Positions 1 through 12,479 of a stretch of DNA of 62,000 nucleotides are shown one piece after another. Source of the stretch: Vicugna vicugna (taxonomy: Eukaryota); the NCBI GenBank assembly GCA_013265495.1, contig MU058241.1, positions 1,365,249-1,427,248 of the forward strand. Reading direction: 5' to 3'. The position numbers were made by a program, and so were the translations under genes. The notes below the pieces were generated by a model. The model saw nothing but the letters and a program-made list of their open reading frames with translations. It did no database searches and had not been told where the DNA came from. How positions within the stretch are numbered: the stretch's first letter is position 1; each line of letters begins with the position of its first letter.

Positions 1-354
1 GATTAAAACAATGATAATTTTCCCAGCGTGGGAAGAAATATTACCCTGAATAATTTACAGAGCGCTATCATAAACTCGCAGGAAATGAAATTCAGAATTG
101 CCCATCTCCTGGCCCTGAAATTAAAAGAAGGCACAGAGGGATAAAGAGGGGTGGAAAGACAGGGAAAGATGATTATCACCTGAATCCTAGATCTTGGTAA
201 TCTTTCCCTTTGGGGTAGAACTTGGATGGTGTACACATTCGAAAGATTAGAAAGGGTGCAGTTAGGGAGGAAAGAACCCTCAAGGAGCCTAGCTTCAGCA
301 GTAAGTAACCCTTCTCTTGGTAGAAGGTGAGACCCATGTCCCAACTCCTCCTTC

Positions 355-635
355 GGGGCGGGGGGGGGTGGTCACATGACTGGGCCCCAGGGGAAGGAGT
401 GTCCACGAACTGTCACGTGACACCATGACAACCTTCCACGTGAGCCTCCCCACACTCTTTCCACTTCCCCCCGCTTGAAGCCACGGCATGGAGAACTTGG
501 AAACTCCACATGGACGACCATGTTTCCCTAAGAAGCAAGGGCCATGGGTCCCAGATTCCTGTTTGGGAAATACCAGTGGTGATCTTTACAGGACTGAGGA
601 AAGAACTTCCATCACATGTGCGGTCATCACACGTG
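355..635. promoter_or_regulatory. Candidate enhancer: GC box plus six class-B E-boxes
   Basis: GGGGCGGGG 355-363, GTCACATGAC 371-380, perfect palindrome TGTCACGTGACA 411-422, CACGTG 437-442, CACATG 507-512, CACATGTG 613-620, CACGTG 630-635. Function is inferred from motifs only. Confidence 0.4.
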
Positions 636-1754
636 TTTGGATTAGTTTTAGCAGCTAGAATTCCCTCACTAACGCGGAATCTGAGTAACCTCAGGTAAGA
701 CGTGCCATGTGTCTGAGAGATTCCGTTTACTCATCAGAAAATAATTTATGAGAAGGAAAGAAAGCAAATGAAAATAAAAATCATTTCTAGCCAAATTTAG
801 TTTTATCATTACCATCATCTGATATGAATGTGGAAATACGCGGGTCTCACCTAAGTATGCACCTGAGATTTAAACGCTGTATTTCGTTGATTCTAAGCAC
901 CGCATGTGAAACTAGCACATGTCTTACAACAGATGGGCATGGTCAACGTGACATTTCGACACATTTTCTTAGCAGTATTTTTAATGCAGCTACAACTTTC
1001 AGTCTATGCTGTGAGATCTGATGAAGTCGCATTCTCTCTGCTGGATTCCAAGACTGTAATTGCCATAGATTCTACTCCTCCAGGATTAAGCCACCCTTCT
1101 CCGCGGCTACATTTGGGAGAAAAGCTAGGGTGTTTCACAGTCAAGGCCAAGGGAATGAAATCTGGCATGGTCTGCTCACAGGGCTACATCTTCAGGGTTG
1201 GAGACTGTCAGGACACCAGGGACCTTCTGATGTCCCCAAGCCAAGTACACTGCCTGAGATAAAACATTAACATAAGGATGGATGCAACGTTTAATTTTGT
1301 CATAGCAGCGGCAGCACGGACACATGGAAATACGGCGCGAGGAGGAACCACCGTCAAGTCCTAAAGCTCCCATCGCACCATAACTAGACGATGACTAATT
1401 TCTATTAAACCTTGCTATCTGCGTTTGATACATCTCACTGACTGCACCATAATATTAAATACACAACAATTCAACAGGTCATTGACACCTAATCTAAACA
1501 TAATTCCTAGGAGTAGAGATAAATATGTGGAAATTCCAATGTGCCACACTATCTACTCTCCCAGGACAGATCACCAGGATAATTTACTTTTTAAAATGTC
1601 CATGAAATGTTTCCCTGCCTTTGCTCCTTCAGAGAACTCCTCTGAACAAGTCCCAGCTGCAGATGGCTCAGAAAGCCATCTTCCTTATTTAGGCTTGTTC
1701 CGTGTCTTGCTGACAACTCAATCTAAGACACAACGCTGACGTAAAACAGACATC

Positions 1755-2005
1755 CGCGGATGATGGCCCCAGGCCAAACCTGGCCCAGTGTTTGCTTTTA
1801 TACACTGCATGAACTGAGGATTTTAATTTTTTTTCTTTGCACTTTCAAACGTTTGGGAGAAATTAAAAAGAATATTTTGTGACACGTGAAAATTCTGTGA
1901 AAACCTGACTGAAATACAGCCATGTTTGCTTCTGCATTGTCTCTGGCTGCTTCTGGGTCATAAAGCCTGAAATGTTTACTGTATGTTGCTTTGCAGAAAA
2001 AGACC
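1755..2005 (+). mobile_element. MER58-like hAT DNA transposon fossil
   Basis: Contains ggcc..ggccaaacctggccc, gaaatacagccatg and aagcctgaaatgtttact..ctttgcagaaaaag, resembling the MER58B consensus. Confidence 0.6.
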
Positions 2006-2009
2006 TAAG

Positions 2010-2165
2010 CCTGCTACTCCAAGGGACTGAAGCAACGTCACCTGGGGTCTCGTGTGAAACACCCCATCTCAGGCCAGGCGCCAGAACTACTGATTTAGAA
2101 TCTGCGTTTTAAAGACCTTTTCAGATGATTCATACAAACCTGAAAGTTTGACAGGTACACTCTAA
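2010..2165. mobile_element. MER5A-like DNA transposon fossil
   Basis: ctcaggcc..ccagaactactgatttagaatctgcgttttaa..cagatgattcatac..aaagtttga matches the MER5A pattern. Confidence 0.65.
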
Positions 2166-5100
2166 AGAAAATGGATACCCTAGACATTAATCAAGACAGG
2201 GCTGTCAATTTGAGGAAATGCAAACAAATTGATTCATAGCTCACTGGAGTCGTGGGTATTGTAGCTAAAAATAAAATACCAGACGATGAGACGTTAGTTT
2301 TCACGGCGCAAGAATCTGAGGAAGTTTTAGATTTAACCCGAAACAGCTACAAAATGGAAAGAGGGAATAAGTATCAGCCTAGATTAGTTTTCTTAAGTGG
2401 ACACATGCCTGATCACAGGTTTTTGTTTTTGTTTCTTAATTGACCTGAACTGTTCCTTCTGGGAAAGACGTGAATTATTAACCAGCAGAGCCACAGAAAC
2501 AGCTTCATCCGTGGAGCTGAAGAATGCTGACTATGGGAGAACATATGTTCTAAGGTTGTGAGCCCCAACACAAAGCACCTCCACGGGCCACGAATCATAA
2601 CCCACTGATCCGTAGCCAGCAATCCGAATACACAGTCTGCTGGGCTTTTCCCTTGGACGCTTTCAGCTGGTTATTTCATTGCCTTTGGGCAAGCATTTCT
2701 TGGAGATGACCCAGGGGCCCTACACTCAAGAGCAGCTGAAACATTTAACGTTCTGTTTTTCTTAGATTTCAATCCCTGTTTCTTCTGATGGTGACCCAGG
2801 CAGTTTTTTGGAATTTTCTCTCCGATCCTTCGTCATAAAGGAAGAGCTGACAAGGTGAGGACTGTAGGTTTTTCTGGCGCAACTGTTAACTCATCCCCCA
2901 AAGAAAGCTGGTGTAGAGCCCAGGTTGTAAGGGGCGACCTCCAAGAATGATCGTTTACTGGGCTTTCTCACCAGCGCCTACGTTTTCTGTTCGTCCTGTT
3001 CGCATTCAGTGAGCAACTCCTAAAGGCCTAACGTTCAGAACATTGGGAAGGAGGAAGATAAAAGATAAAAACAGCCAGTAAAATACCCCAGTACGGAACA
3101 GTCACACTTACCAGTCAAGTCCACTCACTTAGCAGTCATTAAATCGGTTTGCAGAGAAGTCAGCCGTCACAGGCTATTGACAAACTTAATCAATCATCCA
3201 TCTCTTCATTTAATTCTTGACAACGTGCTGATGTATGCCCACACGGGGACTTTCGGATTCAATTTCTACCCGAGGTGACGGCCCCATCAGTTTTGGTCTC
3301 GACCACTATGGCCTCATTTACAATGTGTCGCAGTGAGTTTGCCCGTAATCGTTCCTATCCGTCCTGTTACTAGAAGGCCTGTTATTCTGCCTCTGACTGA
3401 ATGCAGAGCCAGCCCTACCGCATTCCACCGGGGGGACTCGGAGACAGGAATACTAATAGTGCCCATCACTGCAGCTGGTTCCCCACGCGAAATGAACCCT
3501 ACAGTGTGGAAGACATCTCCTCGGCGTCTATTGTTTTGAGTCATTTGTTGGAAGAATCTGTACTTACTAAGCGGTCTAATTTTCATCTTAAACCTTCACA
3601 GTTATTCATGCAATCCCCATTATAAATACAAGTTTTATAAGAAGAATATTCTGCACTGGGCCCCCTTGATGATGAAAAATGTACAAACAGAAAAGGGACA
3701 GTCCAGTGTTTTCAACCAGACTGAAAACAGATTGGAAGTCATTCATATTCACTAACTGTGATTCTTTGAAATCGGTGATGGGCACTGTCAATTTTGGAGT
3801 ATTGGTCCCCCGGGAACAAACCAGTGCTAGCTAACTTAAGGGGATAAAAAGTTTTTTTCTTAAATAAAAACAAACAAAAACAAGGTCAGAGAGAATGAGA
3901 CCCAACCCGTGACAAGGAAGGCATCTCTAAGATGCAGGCGGCAGGCGCTGGTGGACTGCTTCACTTGGGTACCACTACTGCCATGAGTCCACGGCAGCCC
4001 TTCTTTCTCTATCTACTGTTCAATATCCAAAGTCCCTAAAGAGAGAGCCAACTGCCCTCATTTAGGCTATACATTCGCATCCTTGGGATACCATGAAGGT
4101 TAAGGGGGCTGTCTCAGCCTGTCGTCCCCCTAAAAGAAGCCAGGATGCTCTAGTCAAGAGAGCGCGATGGGTGAAATGGATAACAGCTATTCAAAACAAA
4201 CACGCCTGTCAAACTCCTTGCCTCTCTGCTCTCCGGAAAACCCGTGTCTTCATACACACATTTTCAGTATTATCCACCACCAAACGTGTTCTAGTAATTT
4301 CGCATACAGCAGAAACGTGCCTAACGGCTTCTGGAAGGGAGACAGACACAACCTCGTCCCTTGGCCAAGAGCCCTGGACACCTCGGGAATGTCCCTGCCT
4401 TCTCTGACTTTACCTAGACCCACGCTGATATTCAACAACATAGGTAGCCAGTGAGACACTTAAGCGCTATGGCCAACACGCCCAACCACTTCAGGAAGAG
4501 GAAATCAGGTATTTAATTAAAGCATGTAACTGTGTAAGACACAGCCAGACAGGAAGTAACAGGTGTGACCTAGAGACACCGTTAAGTTACTCTTCGCCCG
4601 TGTCTTGTACTACCTGTTCACGTCCCCCACGTTGCAGGCAGCACGTCTACTCAGCAGGGCTCTTTACTTGGTGCGCTGAGGCGCCCAAGAGGCATCCGAG
4701 CCCTGCAGGGCTGCCCAGCCGGGGGAGGCGTCTTCATTCGTCCTGACAAGGTGCATGGTGGGAAAAGGGGGCGGCCCCACGGACCACACAGGGCTCTTCT
4801 CCGACCCTTTATGCGACGATCACATGCTCCCTCAGGTGTCCAGATCAGTGACCCCAGAAAACATTCTTAACACATGAAACAGGCATGGCATGCCCCTCCG
4901 GAGGCAAACGCAGCAGCGTTATCTGCACAGGAAGGCGCTGAAAGCGTGTCTAGCTGGGGGACCGTTTCTTCCCTGGGTAGTTCAGTGTATGAATCAGACA
5001 AGCTCAGAGCCAACTGGAGGGAAAACAAGTATTTTCCGAGTGGGTCTTTAGAGAGTCTCACGAGCAGAAAGAAAAAGAGAAAGAGTGAAAGGCTGATAAA

Positions 5101-5334
5101 TAAAAGCATACGCTAGTTTGATGATCATTAAGGCATGGAAACTATTTGCTTAGAAATACCACGAACATCTGCAAAATGTTATGCATTCTTATCGAAAACG
5201 TTGCAATTCGTTTTCACCTTAATTTTAAGGCACATTTCATTTTATCTGACTTTTTATCTTTGTGTTGTGTGTAGTACATGGTAGAAACTTCGCACAAAAA
5301 TTTGGCGAAGTCTTTCTACAATACCCATCCTCAC

Positions 5335-5437
5335 CTTTTTCAAGGACGATTCTCCTCGGATTTCGTTGACGCAGCTTTTCACGGGACTCTCTGAAGCGGA
5401 GTTGTTGCTCTGTATCGGGAATTTCCCAGGGAGTCCT
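5335..5437 (-). other. Candidate 103-nt internal exon of an unidentified minus-strand transcript
   Basis: Strong acceptor ttttttttccttccacag| and donor AAG|gtgagg in non-repetitive DNA. Two frames are open (RTPWEIPDTEQQLRFRESREKLRQRNPRRIVLEK or GLPGKFPIQSNNSASESPVKSCVNEIRGESSLKK). I recognise neither peptide. Confidence 0.35.
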
Positions 5438-6615
5438 CTGTGGAAGGAAAAAAACAATGTACTTTCAGATGTTAAGCACATTTATAGGATTAAGGAAATA
5501 ATTAACGGTAATAAATATAACAAAGGAATTGTAGAACAAAAAAGCAGAAATGCCTGTGCTGAGTTTGTTGTGATTATTTTGGGTGTGTTCCATGACTAAG
5601 AAAGGAAAGATGAGGGGTTAAACTAGTGAAAAGTTTATCATAAAGGAAACCATAATAAACCTATGGATCTAAATGTGATTATTGCAAAGAGTAATGTAGA
5701 ATGAGTAAAACAGGACAAAACCAATTAGCTATTTATTACGACAGAGCCCGGCTGAGCAGGAGAAAGAAAATGTGTGCTCTGCAAGGCTCGTAAACCGACC
5801 ATCATTCCTGACTCCTGGGTGCAGGATTGGAGTTAGCTGATGTAACCTACCAAAGTGCTCTTCTGGGAGATCTAGAATTCTTCATTTTGGATGGCTCACG
5901 ACTACCTGATTTATTTTATAGCAGTGTTTACCATATACTGATTTACTAGTAAACAGGTTCATCCATCTGGGGACAGCGTTCTGCTTATAAATAAACCCCC
6001 AGATCATAAAATTAATAAAAAGAGCAACAGCCAGGGAAATTCGGGCAGAAAATTGAGGTAATAAATTAAGCCACATTTTTCCTTTGACGTGTGTTTTTAA
6101 TGACCCAGACTGTGTTTTATGACCCAGAACTTTGACCATTTATTGTAAATGAAATCATTCTCCCGTTGATACTCACCCACTGCCTATGAGATTAAAGCTC
6201 CAGGATTAACATCACTAACAGGATTCTGTGCGTAAAGGTGGTAAGTCCTCCTCCGAAAGACCAGTGTTTGATTTAGTCTCTTGCGGGTTCCACTTTAGTG
6301 TATCGCATCTGCTTCATCGGGTGCCTGAATAGTCGATCTCCAGCTTTTACTATGATCCCCTACCAGACAAGAACTCTCCCACCTTGCCTTACTATTTACA
6401 CAACTAATACAACATCTACGTAGAGATGGGGACAAAATTATTTGAGAAAGTTTCCGTTTCATTCCTTGATTCCTTTTCCCAACTAATACGTTGAGTCTAC
6501 TCATAGTCTGTGCTTTGAATACGTCTACAGATTATTCATTTGTGTCCCTGTCGGAAGACCTTCACTTGCAAAATGTGTCCTTTCTGCAAACAGAGGTCTC
6601 TAGATCATCATAATT

Positions 6616-6821
6616 CAGGGATTTCTCGGCATTGGCGCTATTAATGTTTGGGACTGGATTCTGCTCTGTTTTGGGGACATACCCTGTGCGTTGTAACATG
6701 TTTGGGAGCGACCCTGGACTCCACCCACTAGATGCCGGTAACATCTCTCCCACCCAGTCATGGCAGCCAACAAGGGATCCAGATGTCTCCTGGGGGAAGA
6801 GCCCTCGGTCGCCAACCACTG
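6616..6821 (-). mobile_element. MER20 (hAT-Charlie) near full length
   Basis: The reverse complement begins CAGTGGTT and ends GAGAAATCCCTG, with internal ggcatctagtgggt.gag.ccaggg typical of MER20. Confidence 0.8.
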
Positions 6822-8223
6822 CCACGATTGACGTTAAACACACATCTAGGAACTCCACTGCTACAGCATGGCAAAGAGCCAGCAAGGGGTTGAGACAGGG
6901 AAATAATATGAGGGCAAGAGAGAGAGTGCCCCTCCCTACAGCTCCGTTCATCTCCAACATCTAGTGCACTTACTGCCGCACTTTCTCGTTACTCTTGCTA
7001 ACAGCACCTTTCATTCTTGCACCGCCCCCTCCTGCTAACCATTTCACATGCCTTTTTGGAATCCGCATATCTGTACAGGTAGGTCAGTTTCTCTGTCTTT
7101 CTCTGCACCCACCCCACCTCTCTCTCTTTTGTTCACAATTAAGGAGACCAAAGTTCAGAGTGGAGGCCAGTGCGTCTCCAGATACAATGAGCACCCAGGT
7201 CATCTGGGCATGTGGTTTCAGATTCTGAACAAGGAGGTGTGAGGTGCAGCAGCTCTCCCTCCCTCCTTCCCTTCCTTCATCTCCTAAGCTCTCATTACAT
7301 CACCTTCTCAGGCCAGACAGGGGACCAGTGCTAGAATTCGAAGTGAAGGAAACAGAATCCTTCTCTCGTTTCATTTAGAAGGGACCCTAAGGAAGTCACC
7401 CGCTGATAGCTTTTGCACTCATCACATTACGATGTACCCAACACATCCCTACGGTGTGACACTGCATTCACGGCTGCTATGAGCTATGGACCGAAAACGT
7501 AGAGAAACAGTAGATAATGATTTCAGCAACTGAAAATATTGCCTATTAACCGTGGGAGCTAAAATTGACGTCTGTAAGTTCCTGAATATGATCCTTCTGT
7601 AAAATGGAGTAGACCTGAGGAACCCCGAGTAACAGTTTAGGGGTAAGGAACTAATCGCAACTACTGGTATGGGGTCTCTCTCTGACCCTAAATTCTTTGG
7701 GACCTCCCTTCTGCAAGCTTTTCCCTCTTGTACCTTTGAGATCATTCTTTCTAGTGATACACGCCTATTTCTATATCATAAATTGGCTTGTACGCCACTG
7801 CTCATTGGAGGAACGAAGTCAGTAGAATGTGAAAGTTGCACTGGTTCATATAGATTTTACACCAGAGATTAATGTTTCATATCAGCCAGTCACAGCCATG
7901 GAATACAAAGCACAGGAACATAGCTGAAACCATCAAGCACACAGGAAAAAAGACAGAGGTACACAATCCCCACTCACTCTGTATTCTCTTTCTGGCCCAC
8001 GTGGCCAGCCATTCCCCCACCTTGGACACACTAATTACCTGTTTCTCCCTGACTCTGCTGCAGTTTTCCTTGTCTTCTAAAACCTTCTGTACACTCCCCC
8101 TCATCAAGCTATCATTCTTAACTTTAAGACAATATTCTACACTCATCCTGGCATCCTTTTAAAGTTAGCACTGTACGTGTCTTTTTCATTTGCCAGCGGT
8201 TTTGATATAATTGTATTTATTTT

Positions 8224-8897
8224 TGTTATCATCCAGGTTACAAAGTTCAAAGGGCTTCGAGACAAACACTCCCCATGATTCTCCCGCGAGCCCTGCTGTC
8301 TTTGGATGAAGAGTTTGCTGACTACTAAATCTGTCTTTCAGGTGAGTAGGTATCAAGTTGCAAGCAGCCCTCTTGTCCCCCTCCTCTTTGTCTATTTCTG
8401 TCCCCCTTAAACCTGATTTATAAAAATGAGATGGCTAGGTAACATTGAACCTAACTCCTAATTCATGCTCTACTAAATGCACACCATGCCTCCTCTGACC
8501 TGTTGACTCTTCCCCTAGATTAAAAGACGTAGGAATGAAGAGTTAAGTAAAGAATGACTAGCTTTCTACCTCAGCAGCCCACTTAGAAATCCTGTAAGCA
8601 GACCATTCGTACATGATCACATCTGAAGAAAGACCACAAAGTCAGACAGCCCACACACAATGCAAAGTGACACAGAGCTTCGCTGCCTCCCTTGATGATT
8701 CACTGAGATTCTTTCCTCTATTTCCTTTAAAAACTGTCATGACTGAGCAGAATCTATACTGGTGGTCTCGGGACATGAGTCCACCTTCTCCCCAGATTGC
8801 TGGCTTTTCTGATTAAAGCAACTTTCCTTTATACTGACACTTGCTTCTTGATTATTGAATTTTGAGCAGCAATCAGCTAAATCTGAGTTCAGCAACA
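8224..8897 (+). mobile_element. ERV1-like solo LTR (5' boundary uncertain)
   Basis: TATA-like tttaaaa, ATTAAA polyA signal near 8812 and a U5-like end tgagcagcaatcagctaaatctgagttcagcaACA. Confidence 0.55.
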
Positions 8898-9234
8898 ATG
8901 TAACAGCAAAATTTTATATATATATAAACCCCCCCAAAAAAACAAAATGAAACAGAATAAGAAACTATAAACCCTATATTTGCCCTCAGAATATCCGTAT
9001 GTCCAAACACCTCTTACCTTCCCATAATAAATCTAACAGAATCTTCATTTTACCCTATTTCTCACTGGAACTACAGATTTCTGGCTATCCCTTACTTTAC
9101 AGGCAAGTTTCATGAAATATTAATCTATAATTGACAACTTCTCCCCACAAATCCCGCGTCTGGCTGTCATCTCAGCCACTTCACGAACGCATCTTCGGCA
9201 CTGGACACCAATCGTATTTGTGTAATTAAGAGAC

Positions 9235-9668
9235 AAAAAACCAGACATAGTCCACATGCCCCTCATCCAGGAGATGGATACATAAACACTGATGCATTCA
9301 TACTACAGCCGGAATAAAGCAGAAGGAACTACTAACATTATGCAATAGCACGGACCAATCTGATATGTATGATGCTGAGGGAAGAAGCCAGACTCAAAGA
9401 CTAAATAAACACTGCGTAGTTGCATTTACATAATATGTTCGCAAAGACAAGACCATATGGACAGTGAAGAGATCAGCGGTGGTGGGGAGACAGGTTGAAG
9501 GGATGCTTAAAGGAGCATCTTTGGGCAGGGGGAGCAGGAGTGGTAATGGAATCATCTTGACAGAGTGCTGCTGAACAGCAGGGCACATTTCTCCATCTCA
9601 CAAAGGCAAGTACTTAAATGGGCTTTTATTGTACGCAAATAGTACTATAATAGAATAAATGAAAAAAA
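9235..9668 (+). mobile_element. Old L1M 3' UTR fragment
   Basis: atggatacataaacactg..tgatgctgagggaagaagccagactcaaag..gagatcagcggtgg, ending in an A-rich tail. Confidence 0.7.
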
Positions 9669-9814
9669 GCAGACACATTTTGGTCCTCAGGGTGTATCTG
9701 AAGCAGTTGCTGAGTATGACACTGGTACCCTTTCGCTCAGCTTTGTGTCCCCTCATTTTCTCCTTTCTTCCCTGATGGCTCCATTCCTTTTTCCCCTTTT
9801 TATTTTTAGGGTGC

Positions 9815-10008
9815 TTTTCTATTTTATTTTACGGAAGTACAATCAGCTACAACGTGTCAGTTTCTTGTGGACAACGTCCCAGTCATGCATATACACATGT
9901 ATATTCGTTTTCACATTCTTTTTCATTCAAGGCTATTTCAAGACATTGAATACGGTCCCCTGTCCTACACAGAAGAGATCTGTCTTTTACCTATTTTCAT
10001 ACATAGTG
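9815..10008 (-). mobile_element. Lineage-specific L1 3' end fragment
   Basis: T-rich tail followed by tacaacgtgtcagtttc..gtcatgcatatac..caagacattgaatacggtcccctgt. It is the reverse complement of the same 3' UTR type seen at 61463-61760. Confidence 0.8.
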
Positions 10009-10374
10009 GGGCTCCGGTCATTTCACTCTCTCGTGGATGTGCCTTCCATTCACCCCTGGCTCACCAAGATGTCCAAACCCTGTGAAATGACACAGTTCTG
10101 CAGCATTCTGTTCCGAACCACCTCTGGTCCTCCTTTCATGGTCACCGGCTTCTACAACCTGGTGAGTCACCAACTTCCCCGGACGTGTCACCTGTCCTGA
10201 GGACTCACCTATGAAGTCAGCTCAGGACATCTCATTGCTATCTGTCCTGAGCACCGGAGAGTACGCCCTCCTGCTGTGTGACTGACAGAAAGCATCGCCC
10301 TGTCACCCTGGATGGCAGGGAACACGGGATTGGCATTTGACTCCCCTCTTCCTCATCTAACCCCACCCCCCACA

Positions 10375-10498
10375 TTTTGGGGGGAGGGGAGGTGGTAATT
10401 AGGTTTATTTATTCATCTTTAACAGAAGGACTGAGGATTGAACCCAGGACCGCCTGCACAGTAAGCACGGGCTGTACCCCCGAGCTACGCCCTCCCCC
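10375..10498 (-). mobile_element. tRNA-derived SINE (Vic-1-like, camelid)
   Basis: Reverse complement reads GGGGGAGGGCGTAGCTC..GTCCTGGGTTCAATCC (A and B boxes) followed by aaataaacctaattacc. Confidence 0.85.
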
Positions 10499-11239
10499 GA
10501 CTCTGTCTGATAAATAAACGACCAGGGCTGACTCTCCTGCCTGCTGTTTGTATGAGCCTTTGAACCTGCTCCTGCCCTCCGTGTGCATCCGCACGCTCCC
10601 CTGCCCTGGTTCACACGCCCTTTCTTCTCTCCCCAGTCCCCGTGCTACCTCCAGCTCCTGTCCCTGCCTCCTTTGCAGTCGCCTCTTCTCCCTCAGCGTC
10701 TCCCTCCTCAACACTTGATTTCAAGGGCCGCCCAACTCGTCAGTAGAGGCTGCACTCCTAGCAAGCACTTAAATCAGAAGATGCTCACAAGAACAGCCCT
10801 TAGAATGTGTTGAGTTAAAAAAAGAGTCATTTATTGTCTATTAAGTGCTGGAGACAGAGTCTACAAAGATGACTCATTCTCTGTGCTGTCCTCAAGGAAA
10901 CAGGTAAGTAAATAAATTGAATAAAGGGGCTCCTCCAACCCAGCCCTCAAAGGTACCCTCTGCTACAGTAGCACTTTGGAAATAAATGGGTCGGTGAGGA
11001 GAGTGTGTATCATCTGCAAGTGGTCTGCCTGTCTTTATCTTTCATTTTCCCCAAAGTAAGGCTGTACTTTTGCTCTCTTTTTCAAGTTGAAAATCAAGGC
11101 TGAATTTAAGTCACTCCTCTATGTGGACTCAAAAAAAAATAACCATCACTGTTTATAGCGAGGAAGAAAGGCAAATCAAATGCTGACATAGCAGATTTAG
11201 TCAACACTACCCCAAATAAATAAACGTATTTATTTATTC

Positions 11240-11966
11240 TGTTTTTTCTCAGTGTTCCTGAGGTATAACTGACAAACAAAATGGGACAATACTTATTAAA
11301 GAGCACACTGGGATGACTTGACCACGCAGACTTTGTGAAAGGGTTCCCACAAACATACTTCCCTTTTGTGTGTGTGTCTGACAACATTTAAGTGCGAGTC
11401 TTCCGTCAAGGATCGGATACATACTACTATATCCAAAAGTGGTGTCAGCTACAGTCACCATGTTACGCACTCAGTCCTCAGAGCTCATTCATCTTATCGC
11501 TGAAAGTCTGAGCCCTTTAACTAACCCTTACCATTTCCTATAACCCCTGGACCCAGGCAATCACCATTCCACAATCAGTTCCTATGAGTTTAACTTCCCT
11601 GCTTTTCAGATTCCACACATAAGTCATACTATACAGCATCTGTCTTTCTCTGTCTGAGTTGTTTCATTTAGCGTAATACCCTCCAAGTCCATCCATGTTG
11701 TTGCAAATGACAGGATTTCCTTTTATTTAAAGGCTACATAATATTCCATGGTGTGTGTGTATACGTTTTTTTATTCATTTTTTGATCCATTCATCTTTTG
11801 ACAGAAATGTAGGTTCTTTCAATAATATGGCAACACTGCTATTGTGAACAATGCTGCAGTGAACATGCGGATACAGCGACCTCTTTGAGATAATGCTTTG
11901 TTTCCTTTGCAGACAAACCCACAAGTGGGGTTGCTGGATCATATGGTAGTTCTATTGCACATTTTT
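11240..11966 (-). mobile_element. L1MA-type 3' fragment
   Basis: gaggtataactgacaa..cagattccacacataagt..ccatccatgttgttgcaaatgacaggatttcc..gctggatcatatggtagttctatt. Confidence 0.85.
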
Positions 11967-12009
11967 GATAGCTTAAGAAAATGGAGGTTAGAGGGACTAA
12001 GATAAAGAT

Positions 12010-12468
12010 TATTAAGAAAAAGAATTATTCATGACATTTGTTAAAACAGTAAGGCAGACTTTCCTCAGGACTGTCTTGAACACACAGGAACTACTGCAGA
12101 GGAGTTTCACAGTAGGGGACAGACACTGGGATCATCTCCAAACCCGGTAAGGAAAGCCAAAAAGCAGAGTGTGTAAGGTGCGGCTGGGGTGGGTGGAAAA
12201 TTACCAAGAGGGTAGGGGAATCCTTTGCTAAAAGGACCTAACTGGTTTCTTGCTGAGGGTTGGGGAGGGTGACTGGATAGCACCCAGGGGATGGGACGTG
12301 GGACGACTTGAAGACAGTGATCAGATATTAAGGGTGGGAGATTCTGGCTAAAACACACTGACAGGATTTTTGCTAAAACTGTGCTCCTGGAGGACTTGCC
12401 CAAGCATGAAGCCTAGTCAAACTCAGAGGGGTATGACTACTGTTTGGCCAAGAAGAGAATCTTCATCA
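12010..12468 (-). mobile_element. MER31/MER67-like ERV1 solo LTR with 4-bp TSD
   Basis: Reverse complement starts TGATGAAGATTCTC..CCAAAC..AGTC and contains atatctgatcac. It is flanked by identical AGAT at 12006-12009 and 12469-12472. Confidence 0.75.
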
Positions 12469-12479
12469 AGATTGCCAAT

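Larger units (their letters stand above)
9040..10815 (+). mobile_element. Fragmented L2 LINE fossil interrupted by younger L1 and SINE insertions
   Basis: Pyrimidine-rich L2-like segments (tctggctgtcatctcagccact; tttgactcccctcttcctca; cctttgaacctgctcctgccctc) between the younger inserts. Confidence 0.5.

Noticed and set aside
2766..2854. Plus-strand exon-like segment (ttcttag|..AAG|gtgagg)
   Set aside because: It is isolated, the peptide is unrecognised, and there are no partner exons on the plus strand.
5119..5250. Possible C/D box snoRNA (TGATGA ... CTGA)
   Set aside because: There is no convincing terminal stem and no recognisable rRNA or snRNA guide sequence.
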